Source of the DNA: an uncultured Candidatus Binatia bacterium
GTDB lineage: Bacteria; Desulfobacterota; Binatia; Bin18
Direction of reading: 5' to 3'
Assembly (NCBI GenBank): GCA_965214605.1
Contig: OZ243961.1
Location: forward strand, 2,592,001 to 2,656,000
DNA: 64,000 nucleotides
Shown here piece after piece: positions 21,814 through 32,357 of the stretch. Position 1 is the stretch's first letter; every line of letters starts with the position of its first letter. The notes below the pieces were generated by a model. It saw only the letters and a program-made list of their open reading frames with translations. It was not told the DNA's origin and did no database searches. The position numbers and the translations under genes are program-made.

Positions 21814-23565
21814 GTGACAAACGCACTCTTCTCCCGAACCGTGTGGGCCGTGCGCCTGACCATCTGTGTGCTGCTCGTCGGTGTCCCGGTCCGAGCCGAG
21901 CTCTCTCACCACGCCCCGTTTGTTGAGAGAGCTCGGCAGGGTATGGTCGTGACTGCCAATGTCCAGGCCAGTCAGGCCGGATTGGAAATGCTGCGCCGGG
22001 GGGGCAATGCGGTGGACGCCGCGGTGGCGGCTTCGTTTGCGATCAGTGTGACTCGCCCGCAGTCCACGGGCGTTGGCGGCGGTGGGTTTCTGCTGCTGTA
22101 TCTAGCTGAGGACAAGACCGTTCTGGCGCTTGATTTTCGGGAACGCGCCCCACGCAGAGCCACGCGTGATATGTTTCTGCGGGATGGCAAGGTCGTGCCG
22201 GGGCTAAGCCGAACCGGCCCGCTGGCCGTTGGCGTGCCGGGCCTAGTGGCCGGTCTGGTCGAGACGCACGAAAAGTATGGGAGCCTGCCGCTTGCAGACG
22301 TGATGGCCCCGGCGATCAACTTGGCCGACAACGGCTTTCCGGTCTATCCGTTCCTGGCCAGGGCCTTGGCCTACCGAGAGGAAATGCTGGGGAGCTCTGC
22401 GGCCACTCGGGCCGTGTATTTCCGGCAGGAGCGCCTCCTAGGCGAAGGCGATCTGCTGATTCAGAAAGACTTGGCCAACACCCTGCGGGCCATTGCCGTC
22501 GGGGGCAAAGACGCGTTTTATCGCGGCCCGATTGCCGCCGCGATTGCGACCGAAATGGAGGCTCGGGGCGGACTCATCACCGCGGCCGACCTAGAGCACT
22601 ATACCGTCCTGGCCCGCCCCCCTCTCTCCACAAGCTTTCAGAACGCCGAGATCTACTCCATGCCGCCGCCGAGCTCGGGCGGAGTGCTGATCATCCAAAT
22701 GCTAAAAGTGCTGGCCGGTTTTCCGATCCAAAAGTTCGGCTTTCAGACCCCCACCGCTACCCATGTATTGGCCGAGACCCTGCGGCTGGCCTTTCGGGAT
22801 CGGGCGCGCTACTTGGGCGATACCGATTTTGTTGAGGTGCCGGTCGAGATGCTGATTTCAGACGACTATAGCAATGCGCTGCGGGCCAAGATTGATCTGG
22901 CCAAAGCCAGCCCTAGTCGCGATATTCCCAACGCTCCGGGAAAGATTGAATCGACTAGCACGACCCACCTGTCGGTCATTGACGCCGCCGGCAACGCCGT
23001 GTCAACAACTCAGACCGTGAATCTGTTCTTTGGCAGCGGAGTGATGGTGCCTGGAACCGGCATTCTGCTTAACAATGAGATGGACGACTTCAATGCTCAG
23101 CCTGATGAGCCGAACGCATTTGGGCTGCTCGGCAAAACCGATGCCAACGCCATTGCGCCGGGAAAGACTCCGCTGAGCAGTATGAGTCCGACGATTGTGA
23201 CCCGCGACGGACAGGTCCGCCTAGTGGTGGGCGGTCCGGGCGGATCGCGGATCATTAGTTCTGTGTTGCAGATCCTGCTGGGCGTTTTGGCCTATGAGCA
23301 GTCTCTGCCACAGGCTATGTTTGCGCCGCGTATTCATCATCAGTGGTTCCCCGACCGGCTTGATGTGGAAGTCTGGGACGGCGAGCAAGACGAGGAATTG
23401 AGCGAAGCGCTGAGACGGATGGGCCATACGGTGCGGGTGCTCGAATCCGGTCCGGGCAAGTTCTCCCGCTTTGGCAATATTCAGGCGATTGGCGTTGATC
23501 CGGACTCGAAACTCATCACCGGGGTTGCCGATCCTCGGGCCGGCGGACGACCGCGCGGCTTCTGA
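21814..23565 (+). CDS. ggt: Gamma-glutamyltransferase (periplasmic, signal peptide)
   Basis: GGNAVDAAVA, DFRERAP, S|TTHLSVID, NNEMDDF, PLSSMSP; GTG start after GGAGGG. Confidence 0.92.
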   Translation: MTNALFSRTVWAVRLTICVLLVGVPVRAELSHHAPFVERARQGMVVTANVQASQAGLEMLRRGGNAVDAAVAASFAISVTRPQSTGVGGGGFLLLYLAEDKTVLALDFRERAPRRATRDMFLRDGKVVPGLSRTGPLAVGVPGLVAGLVETHEKYGSLPLADVMAPAINLADNGFPVYPFLARALAYREEMLGSSAATRAVYFRQERLLGEGDLLIQKDLANTLRAIAVGGKDAFYRGPIAAAIATEMEARGGLITAADLEHYTVLARPPLSTSFQNAEIYSMPPPSSGGVLIIQMLKVLAGFPIQKFGFQTPTATHVLAETLRLAFRDRARYLGDTDFVEVPVEMLISDDYSNALRAKIDLAKASPSRDIPNAPGKIESTSTTHLSVIDAAGNAVSTTQTVNLFFGSGVMVPGTGILLNNEMDDFNAQPDEPNAFGLLGKTDANAIAPGKTPLSSMSPTIVTRDGQVRLVVGGPGGSRIISSVLQILLGVLAYEQSLPQAMFAPRIHHQWFPDRLDVEVWDGEQDEELSEALRRMGHTVRVLESGPGKFSRFGNIQAIGVDPDSKLITGVADPRAGGRPRGF

Positions 23566-23582
23566 TACAGAAAGGATCGTGT

Positions 23583-24758
23583 ATGAGCATCGACGTTGAC
23601 TACTACAATCTGGAAGAACTGCTCACTCAAGAAGAGTGTCTGGTGCGGGACGTGGCACGGCGTTTTATTGAGGAGGAGTTCATGCCCCGCATCCAGGGCT
23701 GCTTCCGTGAGGGCCGTTTTCCTACGGAGTTGATCCCCCGCTTGGGCGAACTCGGCTTTTTAGGCATGACTCTGCCAACCGAGTATGGCTGCGCCGGACT
23801 CAACAACATCGCCTATGGCCTGGTGAGCCAAGAGCTGGAACGGGGAGATAGCGGTCTGCGATCTTTTGCCAGCGTGCAGTCCTCTCTGGTCATGTATCCC
23901 ATTTTTCAGTTTGGTTCAGACCAGCAGAAGACCTTGTGGCTGCCACGCCTGGCCACGGCAGAAGCGATTGGCTGCTTTGGGCTGACCGAGCCGGACTTTG
24001 GCTCGAATCCGGGCGGGATGCTCACCCGGGCACGCCGGGAGCGGGGCGGTTATGTGCTGAACGGGACCAAGCGCTGGATCACCAACGGTTCGATCTCCGA
24101 CCTTGCCGTGGTGTGGGCCAAGCTTGAGGAAGACGGCACGGATGTGATACGCGGTTTCCTGGTTGAGAAAGAGCGCCAGGGCTTCATCCGCCGCGACATT
24201 GCGGGCAAGTTCAGCTTCCGGGCGTCGGTCACCTCTGAGTTGATCTTTGAAGATTGCTGGATCCCTGAGGACAATCTGCTGCCCAAAAGTGGCGGCCTCA
24301 AATCTCCCCTCAGGTGCCTGACCCAAGCGCGGTATGGGATTGCCTGGGGGGCGCTCGGCGCGGCCATGGCATGTTATGAGTCCGCCGTGGACTATGCCAA
24401 AAACCGTGTCATGTTCTCTAGGCCAATTGGTGGCTATCAGCTCGTACAGGCTAAGCTGGTCACCATGATCACTGAAATCACCAAGGGCCAACTGCTTGCC
24501 CATCGTCTGGGGACGCTCAAAGACGCCGGGACCATGCGCCCTCAGCATGTGAGCATGGCCAAGATGAATAACGTCTCAGCCGCCCTCCACATTGCGCGTC
24601 TGGCTCGGGACATCCTGGGAGGCAACGGGATCACCGATGATTATCCGGTCATTCGGCATATGTTGAACTTGGAGACGGTCAATACCTATGAGGGAACGGA
24701 AGACATCCATCGTCTGACCATCGGGCGGGATGTGACGGGACTGAGCGCGTTTGAGTAA
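23583..24758 (+). CDS. gcdH: Acyl-CoA dehydrogenase, glutaryl-CoA dehydrogenase-like
   Basis: ELERGDSGLRSFASVQSSLVM, GCFGLTEPDFGSNP, ARYGIAWG, NLETVNTYEGT. Confidence 0.8.
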   Translation: MSIDVDYYNLEELLTQEECLVRDVARRFIEEEFMPRIQGCFREGRFPTELIPRLGELGFLGMTLPTEYGCAGLNNIAYGLVSQELERGDSGLRSFASVQSSLVMYPIFQFGSDQQKTLWLPRLATAEAIGCFGLTEPDFGSNPGGMLTRARRERGGYVLNGTKRWITNGSISDLAVVWAKLEEDGTDVIRGFLVEKERQGFIRRDIAGKFSFRASVTSELIFEDCWIPEDNLLPKSGGLKSPLRCLTQARYGIAWGALGAAMACYESAVDYAKNRVMFSRPIGGYQLVQAKLVTMITEITKGQLLAHRLGTLKDAGTMRPQHVSMAKMNNVSAALHIARLARDILGGNGITDDYPVIRHMLNLETVNTYEGTEDIHRLTIGRDVTGLSAFE

Positions 24759-25407
24759 AGCCGGATACAAGACGGAGTCCATTGAACGGACGATCGGAAC
24801 GCGTCGGCTGACGCTCCGACAAGTCAAGGACCTGCAAAACTGGATAGACCGAGACGCCCTGCTGCGTGACGACACACCGGAGCCCCCGTATTGGGCTCTC
24901 ATATGGACTGGTGCGCAGAGTCTGGCCCGCTACGTTGAGGCATCCGTCGAGTGTACCGACCGGACCGTTCTCGACCTCGGCTGTGGGCTGGGCCTGACCG
25001 GGATCGTGGCCAGCCTCAAGGGCGGCCGGGTGACCTTTGCCGATCTGGAGCCCCAGGCCCTCGCATTTGCCCGCGTGAATGCCGCCTTGAACGGCTGCGG
25101 TGGCTATCGCACCCAGCAGCTCGACTTCAGGTACGACACGCTCGACGGGCGCTTTTCGCTCATCCTGGGGGCCGAGATCGTGTACGATCGCCCGCTGTTC
25201 CCGGCCCTGATCGATTTTCTGCTGCGGCATCTGTCTGTGGATGGAACCGCGCTGCTAGCCGACGCCCATCGAACCAATACCGACGGGTTTTATCGGCAGC
25301 TTGATGCACGGGGGATGGTGTGGACCCGGACGGCCGTGCAGGAGCGCGAAGACAATCTTCCCCTGACCGTCCACCTGGTGACAGTGCGAAAGGGCTCGGC
25401 ATGGTAA
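24751..25407 (+). CDS. Class I SAM-dependent protein-lysine methyltransferase (METTL20/METTL21-like)
   Basis: PPYWALIWTGAQSLARY, VLDLGCGLGL, ILGAEIVYD; start overlaps the gcdH stop. Confidence 0.75.
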   Translation: MSKAGYKTESIERTIGTRRLTLRQVKDLQNWIDRDALLRDDTPEPPYWALIWTGAQSLARYVEASVECTDRTVLDLGCGLGLTGIVASLKGGRVTFADLEPQALAFARVNAALNGCGGYRTQQLDFRYDTLDGRFSLILGAEIVYDRPLFPALIDFLLRHLSVDGTALLADAHRTNTDGFYRQLDARGMVWTRTAVQEREDNLPLTVHLVTVRKGSAW

Positions 25408-26060
25408 GCCAGCGCACGATCCATAGGGTGTTTCAGATCTTACGGCGCGAGGCGCCAAGCTGGAACGCTCCGGTTGTGACTCACATGGCCGCCCTGTCGC
25501 GTGATCCCTACCAGGTGCTCATTGCCTGCCTCCTCAGCCTGCGGACCAAAGACGAGACCACCGGTCCGGCCGCCCGGCGTTTATTCTCGCTCGCCGACAC
25601 GCCCGCCCAGATGCTGCGCTTAGCGCCCGACCAGATTGAGCGCGCCATCTATCCGGTCGGCTTTTATAGAACCAAGGCCCAGACCGTCATCGACGTTTCG
25701 CGTCGGCTTGTCAATGAGTACGGCGGGCAGGTCCCGGATGAAATCGAAGAGCTGGTGCGCTTCAAAGGAGTTGGTCGCAAGACGGCCAATTTGGTCCTAA
25801 CCCAAGGTTTTCAGAAGCTCGGTATCTGTGTCGATACCCACGTCCACCGGATCTCAAACCGCTGGGGCTATGTCTGCACAAAAACTCCCGAACAGACCGA
25901 GATGGCACTCCGCCAAACACTGCCCACACAGTACTGGATTGAGATCAACGACCACCTCGTCGCTTTGGGCCAGACCATTTGCCACCCAACGTCGCCGAAG
26001 TGCAGCCAGTGTCCACTGGAACGCTACTGTGCCAAGCTGGGGGTCGTACGCAGTCGCTAA
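25401..26060 (+). CDS. nth: Endonuclease III
   Basis: HhH GVGRKTAN, VDTHVHR, CHPTSPKCSQCPLERYC Fe-S motif. Confidence 0.93.
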   Translation: MVSQRTIHRVFQILRREAPSWNAPVVTHMAALSRDPYQVLIACLLSLRTKDETTGPAARRLFSLADTPAQMLRLAPDQIERAIYPVGFYRTKAQTVIDVSRRLVNEYGGQVPDEIEELVRFKGVGRKTANLVLTQGFQKLGICVDTHVHRISNRWGYVCTKTPEQTEMALRQTLPTQYWIEINDHLVALGQTICHPTSPKCSQCPLERYCAKLGVVRSR

Positions 26061-27283
26061 ATCCCCCCCCACGACCGCCCCCGACCCGTCGCAAGCTGAC
26101 CTGGGTTGCGGTGCTGTATTTTGCCCAAGGTCTGCCTTTTGGGCTGCTGTTTGAAGCCCTGGCGGTCTACTTTCGCACCCACGGCCTGGGCCTCACAGAG
26201 ATTGGGCTGCTCAGCCTGGCAGGCCTGCCGTGGACGTGCAAGTTTTTGTGGGCGCCGGCCGTCGACCTGTGGGGAAAACGGCGGACCTGGATCGTGACTT
26301 GCCAGGCTCTGCTGGGGCTGGAGCTGTGTCTGCTGCTGGTGTTCGATCCGACTCGGATGAGCGGCCTGACCTGGCTGCTGCTGCTCACCTTCGCCTTTGT
26401 GGCCGCCACCCAAGACATTGCAATTGATGCGTACACGATTGAGCTGCTTGATGAAGAGGAGATGGGTCCGGCCAACGGAATCCGGGTTACGACGTATCGT
26501 TTGGCCCTGATTGTTGCCGGTGGGCTCGTGGTGGCGCTGGCCGGGCTGATCGGCTGGCAAGCCGCCTTTGGAGGGGCAGCGGTCCTGCTTGCCGCTGTCG
26601 CGCTTTTTACCACCCAGGCTCCTGAGGTGAAGCGGCCACGTCCGCAAACGGCCGGCTGGGGAGCTCAGCTCCGGCGTGGCTTCGTTGGCCCGTTGCAGAA
26701 CTTCTGGCACCGTCCCGGCGTTGTTTATGTCCTGCTCTTTATTCTGAGCTTCAAGTTGGGCGATATGGCCTTAGGACCGATGGTGCGTCCCTTTTGGGTT
26801 GATCGGGCCTTCACGCCCGTCGAGATCGGAGCGGTGCCCGGAACAGTTGGGGTGGTGGCGACAATTGTGGGGGCCCTGCTAGGCGGCAAACTCACCCAGC
26901 AGTGGGGATTATTTCGCGCCCTGTGGACACTCGGTGCCGTTCAGGCTGCCTCCAATCTGGTCTACGCCGCTGCCGCCGCCCTGCCGCCGTCCACACCGCT
27001 CATGTACACGGCCTCAGTCGTTGAATCCCTGTGTGGCGGGCTGGGGACCGCGCCGTTTCTGGCGTTCCTGATGCGCGTGTGCGACAAGACCCGCGCCGCC
27101 ACCCAGTACGCGCTGCTGAGCGCCATATTTGGCCTCAGCCGGGCGGTCTCAGGCGCGTTTTCCGGTGTGCTGGCCCACAGCTTTGGCTATGCGGCGTATT
27201 TCACAGCGACCTTTTTCTTGGCCTGGCCCGCATTTTTGCTCTTGCCGTGGGTGCGAAAGTGGATTAGGCAAGAGAGAACATGA
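25979..27283 (+). CDS. AmpG-like MFS permease (true start probably near 26060)
   Basis: LYFAQGLPFG, KFLWAPAVD, ATQDIAIDAY, ATQYALLS. Confidence 0.82.
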   Translation: MPPNVAEVQPVSTGTLLCQAGGRTQSLNPPPRPPPTRRKLTWVAVLYFAQGLPFGLLFEALAVYFRTHGLGLTEIGLLSLAGLPWTCKFLWAPAVDLWGKRRTWIVTCQALLGLELCLLLVFDPTRMSGLTWLLLLTFAFVAATQDIAIDAYTIELLDEEEMGPANGIRVTTYRLALIVAGGLVVALAGLIGWQAAFGGAAVLLAAVALFTTQAPEVKRPRPQTAGWGAQLRRGFVGPLQNFWHRPGVVYVLLFILSFKLGDMALGPMVRPFWVDRAFTPVEIGAVPGTVGVVATIVGALLGGKLTQQWGLFRALWTLGAVQAASNLVYAAAAALPPSTPLMYTASVVESLCGGLGTAPFLAFLMRVCDKTRAATQYALLSAIFGLSRAVSGAFSGVLAHSFGYAAYFTATFFLAWPAFLLLPWVRKWIRQERT

Positions 27284-27633
27284 GAGACCTACTCGTCCGT
27301 GTTTTTGCAGGACTCGGGTTGGTGCTGACACTGCTCCTCATCGGTGGCGCGGTGATTGATCTCGCCTCGTTTGACCGTACCAGGGGTGGCTATGAACCGC
27401 CCTATACCGCATACACCGGCCAGCCCATTGATTGGGACAGAGCTGATGTGACAAAAACCGGCGTGGTTCGCCGGGGGTACGTGCTGCACACCTTGTTTAA
27501 TTGTACGACTGGGATGATAAGTTTTGAGATATTCGGGCAGCAAGTCCGGTTTCGCAAAGTGTCGCAGCGGGGGATTATCGTCCATAAGCCGCGCGAAGCG
27601 TGCATGGAAAGAGGGTTCCGGCCGGAATTTTAA
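27280..27633 (+). CDS. Hypothetical membrane-anchored protein
   Basis: N-terminal TM helix; ATGA overlap with the MFS stop. Confidence 0.6.
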   Translation: MRDLLVRVFAGLGLVLTLLLIGGAVIDLASFDRTRGGYEPPYTAYTGQPIDWDRADVTKTGVVRRGYVLHTLFNCTTGMISFEIFGQQVRFRKVSQRGIIVHKPREACMERGFRPEF

Positions 27634-27656
27634 GACGCACGGACTAAGGAGCAATC

Positions 27657-28325
27657 ATGAATCTGATTCACACGGTATACGAGCCGCCGGGCGACGGGCC
27701 ACATCCAACCCTGCTGACTCTGCACGGCTGGGGCGCCAACGCGCTTGACCTGTTAGGCTTGGCCCCCCATTTGGGCGGCGGTAAGTTTCTGCTCCTCTGC
27801 CCCCAAGGCCCGCTCCAGACCCCCATTGGCGGCGCCATGGTTGGCTACGGCTGGTTTCCCATTACCGGAACCGGGCCGGTCGATATCCCGGCTGTCCTTG
27901 AGGCCCGGGAGCAGGTTCAGACGTTTCTGGCCGATGCGCTCCAGCGCTATCCCATCGATCAACACAAACTGGCGCTCCTCGGGTTCAGCCAAGGCGGGGT
28001 CATGGCCTACAGCCTGGGCTTGAGTGAGCCTGAACGGTATGCCGGATTAGCCGCCCTGAGCTCATGGTTGCCCAAAGATCTGTTGAGCATCTTTCCCGAT
28101 GTTCCGGCCACCGAACAGCTGCCCGTCCTCATTCAGCACGGCAGTCAGGACGAGCTCGTCGACGCCGGCCGTGCCCGTCAGTCGGCTGAAATTCTGCGAA
28201 ACGTGAGTGTGCCCCTCACCTACCGCGAGTATGAGATGGGACATCAGATTAATGCCGAGAGCCTGCGCGACCTCTCGAACTGGCTGCAAGAGAAGGTCGT
28301 GGCGCCGATTCAGCTGGTCTCCTGA
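27657..28325 (+). CDS. Phospholipase/carboxylesterase
   Basis: LHGWGAN, GFSQG, HGSQD, MGHQI. Confidence 0.88.
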   Translation: MNLIHTVYEPPGDGPHPTLLTLHGWGANALDLLGLAPHLGGGKFLLLCPQGPLQTPIGGAMVGYGWFPITGTGPVDIPAVLEAREQVQTFLADALQRYPIDQHKLALLGFSQGGVMAYSLGLSEPERYAGLAALSSWLPKDLLSIFPDVPATEQLPVLIQHGSQDELVDAGRARQSAEILRNVSVPLTYREYEMGHQINAESLRDLSNWLQEKVVAPIQLVS

Positions 28326-29200
28326 GCCAGGAAACGTCCGACCTCGCGCACAAACAGGTCGAGCTGATCATGATGGACCCAGTGACCGGCATTGGGGATG
28401 GTCACGATTGTGGGCTGCTGAAAGGCGCGGGCCCGGCCGTCCTTTTCCGGATCTGACGCCCATGAGTCGGCTCCCCGCAGGAGCAAGGTTGGGCAGCGAA
28501 TACGCCCCCAGATATCCTGGGCATCAGTCAGATTAAAGCGGTATGGCGACTGGGCCCGGACATAGTTATCGAACTTCCAGATATACGTGCCGTCCTCGTT
28601 CCGATTCGCACCGTAGAGCGTCAGATGGCGGGCCTGCTCCTGGCTGAGCCGCGGGTTAGCCCCGCGCATCCGTTCGACAGCCTCCTCAAGGGTTTTGTAG
28701 CGACGCGGCAGCCGACTGGCAAAATCGCGCATCTGCGAGATCCACACCCGCATACGCTCTTGGGCGTTTTTCGGCTGTTCTGCAACCATCTGGGGCGGCG
28801 GGCCCAACCCTTCGATAGCGACGACTTTGTTGACCTGGTCCGGATACACCCCGGAGTACTGGAGCACGACCCCGCCGCCGAGCGAGTGGCCGATCAGGGT
28901 CACTGGAAACCGGTCGGTCTGGGCCAACAGCTGGGCGATATCGACCACATGTTCAATCATGGAGTATTCGCTGCCACGGGCCCACTCAGAGTCGCCGTGT
29001 CCGCGCAGGTCTGGGGCAATGATGTGATAGTCCTCACGAAAGGCTTGGGCGACCCAGTCCCAGTTGCGGCAATGGTCCCGCCCGCCATGAATAAGCGCCA
29101 TCAGCGGCTTCTCTGGATTACCCCAGTCGACGTAGTGCAGTTTGAGGCGTTGGGAGTAGAAATAGTGGGAGGTCGGTCCGATGATATTTTGTTTTGGCAT
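28310..29200 (-). CDS. Alpha/beta hydrolase
   Basis: IHGGRDH, DLRGHGDS, GHSLGG, AGHWVHHD. Confidence 0.88.
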   Translation of the reverse strand: MPKQNIIGPTSHYFYSQRLKLHYVDWGNPEKPLMALIHGGRDHCRNWDWVAQAFREDYHIIAPDLRGHGDSEWARGSEYSMIEHVVDIAQLLAQTDRFPVTLIGHSLGGGVVLQYSGVYPDQVNKVVAIEGLGPPPQMVAEQPKNAQERMRVWISQMRDFASRLPRRYKTLEEAVERMRGANPRLSQEQARHLTLYGANRNEDGTYIWKFDNYVRAQSPYRFNLTDAQDIWGRIRCPTLLLRGADSWASDPEKDGRARAFQQPTIVTIPNAGHWVHHDQLDLFVREVGRFLAQETS

Positions 29201-29439
29201 AGGGGTTCCTCTCGCCTCTGGACAGGGATGGGTTGGTATAGAGGGGGGCTCTCTTATTGTCTTGAGATTGTATCCAGAGCACGGGACGGGTCGCAACTCC
29301 GGGGGATGGGAGCAGAGTGCTGCCCTGATTTTTCCCTGCAATGCTGCGGTTTGCAGTATGCAGCGTGACGGAAAGGTTTTGGGTGCCGACCCTGGACTTC
29401 ATAAGGAAAACAGATGATCTACGCTCATCACGTGTCCCG

Positions 29440-30029
29440 GCGAACGTTATCCTCGACGCCTTCGCCGGATCCGGTACGACCGCGCAGGCGATCTTGGGCG
29501 CTCAACAAAGAAGACGGAGGCAACCGGAAGTTCTTCCTAGTGGAGTGCGAAGACTATGCCGACACGATTACCGCCGAGCGCGTCCGCCGCGTGATAAATG
29601 GGGTGCCAACGGTGAAGGACGAAAACCTGAAAACGGCCTGGGCGGCAGCTTCACCTATTGGACGTTGGGTGACGAAATCAGCGTTGAAAAGATGCTCAGC
29701 GCAGAGAACCTGCCAGACTACGAAACCCTGGCGCGTCACCTCGTCTACACAGCCACCGGCCAAGGCCCAGAGACCGTCCACAAGACAAAGACTCGGGACG
29801 GCTTTTTCTATGAGACGGACGATCGGCTTATCTGATCTACGAGACGGCTCTCGCTTTCCTGCGCAGCGCCGATTCCGCCCTGACCGGCGACTGCGCTGAA
29901 CGTATCGCAAGCCAGGCAAAGAAGAAGCAGAAGAGCGCGATCGTGTTCGCCACGCATAAGTTCATGGGACAAAAGGAATTGAGCGGAACGGGAATCGTGT
30001 TTTGTGGGCTGCCGTATGGGACGGGATAG
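29440..30029 (+). pseudogene. Type III R-M methyltransferase (Mod) C-terminal remnant, frameshifted
   Basis: VILDAFAGSGTTAQA, ALNKEDGGNRKFFLVECEDYADTITAERVRRVI, GGSFTY, LPDYETLA spread over several frames. Confidence 0.8.
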
Positions 30030-30207
30030 GGAGAAGATGCCTCCCGAGGAAGCAATCAGAACACAGGCTGGGGAAAATGGCTGCGCCCTGTGTCCCTAAA
30101 AAATCGCCAAGAAGTTGCCACACGAACTCCGAGAATTCGTGCGGTCGCCGGTCTTCCTGTCGATGAATTGCTCGCGGGCGTCTCACTTGATGCCTACGGC
30201 GCATGCA

Positions 30208-31330
30208 ATGCAGCTCAAAACCTATTAGCAAAACGCACACTTGAGCAGCTCGACCGTTGGCTTGACGCGCTCAATGCGAGAGGGCCGCAAATGCGCTTGA
30301 AGAGAGCGGCGTCAATATTCCGGAAGAGCTTGGGAACTATCCGCTTTCGGCCTGGAAAAGCCTGAAAGAGCAGAGCGTTCCTCCAGCCGTTCAGACTCAA
30401 GACGGCGCCGCCGAAGTCCCTGACTACATCTCTCGTCTCGAACGGCAGCGGCTGGGGAGCCGATTCCGCACGTTTGCCTCAAGGTCCCGACCGGTGGCGG
30501 CAAGACACTCCTCGACGTTGCCGTGCTTGAGCGCATCAAGTAGGATGCTGGCTTTGTGCTGCGGATCTCTCCCACAAAGGCGATCTAGAACAGACACTCA
30601 GGTGGAGAGGGCAGCACGGCAACTCCGGTCAAAGGAGAATCACTACACCCGCCCCATTGCCCTGGTCCGAGTGCAGAGAACGGGCAGGGATCAGCAGGGC
30701 CTGGGAAACATTTATTGCGAGGATGTGCGCGCATACTTGAGACGGAATCTTTCCGTACCGGAGGCGCGGATAAGAGTGCAGTCGTCAGAGAACAAGGAAC
30801 TCGCACGCGAAGATCTATTGAGTGAACATAGCCCTGTCCGCTGGATTCTCACAAAAGACGCGTTCAAAGAAGGCTGGGATTGTTCGTTTGCGTATGTGTT
30901 AGCCCTGCTGGATAACACAACGGCGACGACCACCATAACGCAAAGGAAGAGAGAATCCTGGAGGGTGGTACGCCAGACAGATACAACGCCGCCTGTTTGA
31001 GCCTTTGTTTGAAAGCGGGTTCACTGGTCTGGAAAGGACTTTGCACTCTATCTGGGAAAGAGCAACGCGATATATTGGCGGCACAAGAATAGCCGCCCGC
31101 CAGGACTACAGGGCTGGCGTTGCCAGCGGGTGTATCCCGATTTCGTGGCCTGTCGTAGGGAGGACGGAAAGCTGTTGATTTTGGAAACAAAAGGGATTCA
31201 CCTGAAAGGAAGCGAAGACGCGGGCAAAAGCTGCTGGCACCCCTTGAGGATGCATACGCGGCCGCTCTTGAGAGGGGACAAATAAAATTTAACCAGCCGC
31301 TGTCCGATGAAAGACGTCCGGGCGTACGGA
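30208..31330 (+). pseudogene. Type III R-M restriction subunit (Res) remnant
   Basis: MQLKTY*, CLKVPTGGGKTLL then stop, WILTKDAFKEGWDCSFAYVL, YPDF...LILETKG; stops, frameshifts and deletions. Confidence 0.78.
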
Positions 31331-31595
31331 CACAAAGCTGTCCCTCTTGAAAAATGACGCCCGGCTCATGCGAGGGGAGTTTGAGGGACCGCCGTGCCGG
31401 ACGTGAAGAAGACGATGAGCCGGGATAACTTCTCGTCAGGGGTTTCCGGTGGTAAGCGGTGTTGATAGAGGTTCAGGGCGCGACCGAGCCGTGGAAAGGA
31501 CCGGGAGGGGCTGAGCAGCCGCCTGTGATGCTCGGGCTGGGACAGCCCCTCGGACGGGCGGAAAAGCGACATCAAAAGACGAAAGGAAGATTGTT

Positions 31596-32345
31596 ATGGC
31601 AGGACGACTCGACGGAAAAGTCGCGCTGATCTCCGGCGCCGCCCGGGGGATGGGCCAGGCTGAGGCAGAGCTGTTTGCCCAAGAGGGGGCAAAGGTGGTG
31701 CTGGCCGACGTCTTGGACGACCAGGGTGAACAGGCGGCCCGGGACATCGCTGGGCACGGCGGAGACGCGCGCTACGTCCACCTAGACGTCACTCTAGAGA
31801 GCGATTGGCAGCGCGCCGTTGAAACGGTCGAACAAACCTACGGGAGGCTCTCTATCCTGATCAATAACGCCGGCATTGTCCGGATGGCGCCACTGGACGA
31901 GACGAGTCTTGAGGCCTGGCATGAGGTCATTAATGTGAACCAGACGGGGGTGTTCTTAGGTATGAAACACGCAATTCCAGCCATGCGCCAGGCGGGCGGG
32001 GGATCAATTGTCAATATTTCATCGGTCGCCGGGCTGGTCGGGCTGCCGAACATCCCCGCTTACCAGGCCAGTAAGGGCGCGGTGCGGCTGCTGACCAAAA
32101 ATGCCGCCGTCCAGTACGCCCAGGATAATATTCGGGTGAACTCTATTCATCCAGGCCGAATTGAAACCCCGATGACCGCCCCGTTGGCGTCCGAACGCCG
32201 GGAGATGGTGCTCAATCTGACCCCGCTCAAACGGGACGGGAAACCCCGAGAGGTGGCCTACGGCGCTCTGTTTCTGGCGTCTGATGAGTCTTCGTACGTG
32301 ACCGGGGCGGAACTGGTCATCGACGGGGGCTTCACCGCTCAATAG
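31596..32345 (+). CDS. Short-chain dehydrogenase/reductase (3-alpha-hydroxysteroid/cyclopentanol DH-like)
   Basis: SGAARGMG, NNAG, YQASKG, VTGAELVIDGG. Confidence 0.9.
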   Translation: MAGRLDGKVALISGAARGMGQAEAELFAQEGAKVVLADVLDDQGEQAARDIAGHGGDARYVHLDVTLESDWQRAVETVEQTYGRLSILINNAGIVRMAPLDETSLEAWHEVINVNQTGVFLGMKHAIPAMRQAGGGSIVNISSVAGLVGLPNIPAYQASKGAVRLLTKNAAVQYAQDNIRVNSIHPGRIETPMTAPLASERREMVLNLTPLKRDGKPREVAYGALFLASDESSYVTGAELVIDGGFTAQ

Positions 32346-32357
32346 GAGGCAGGCAAG

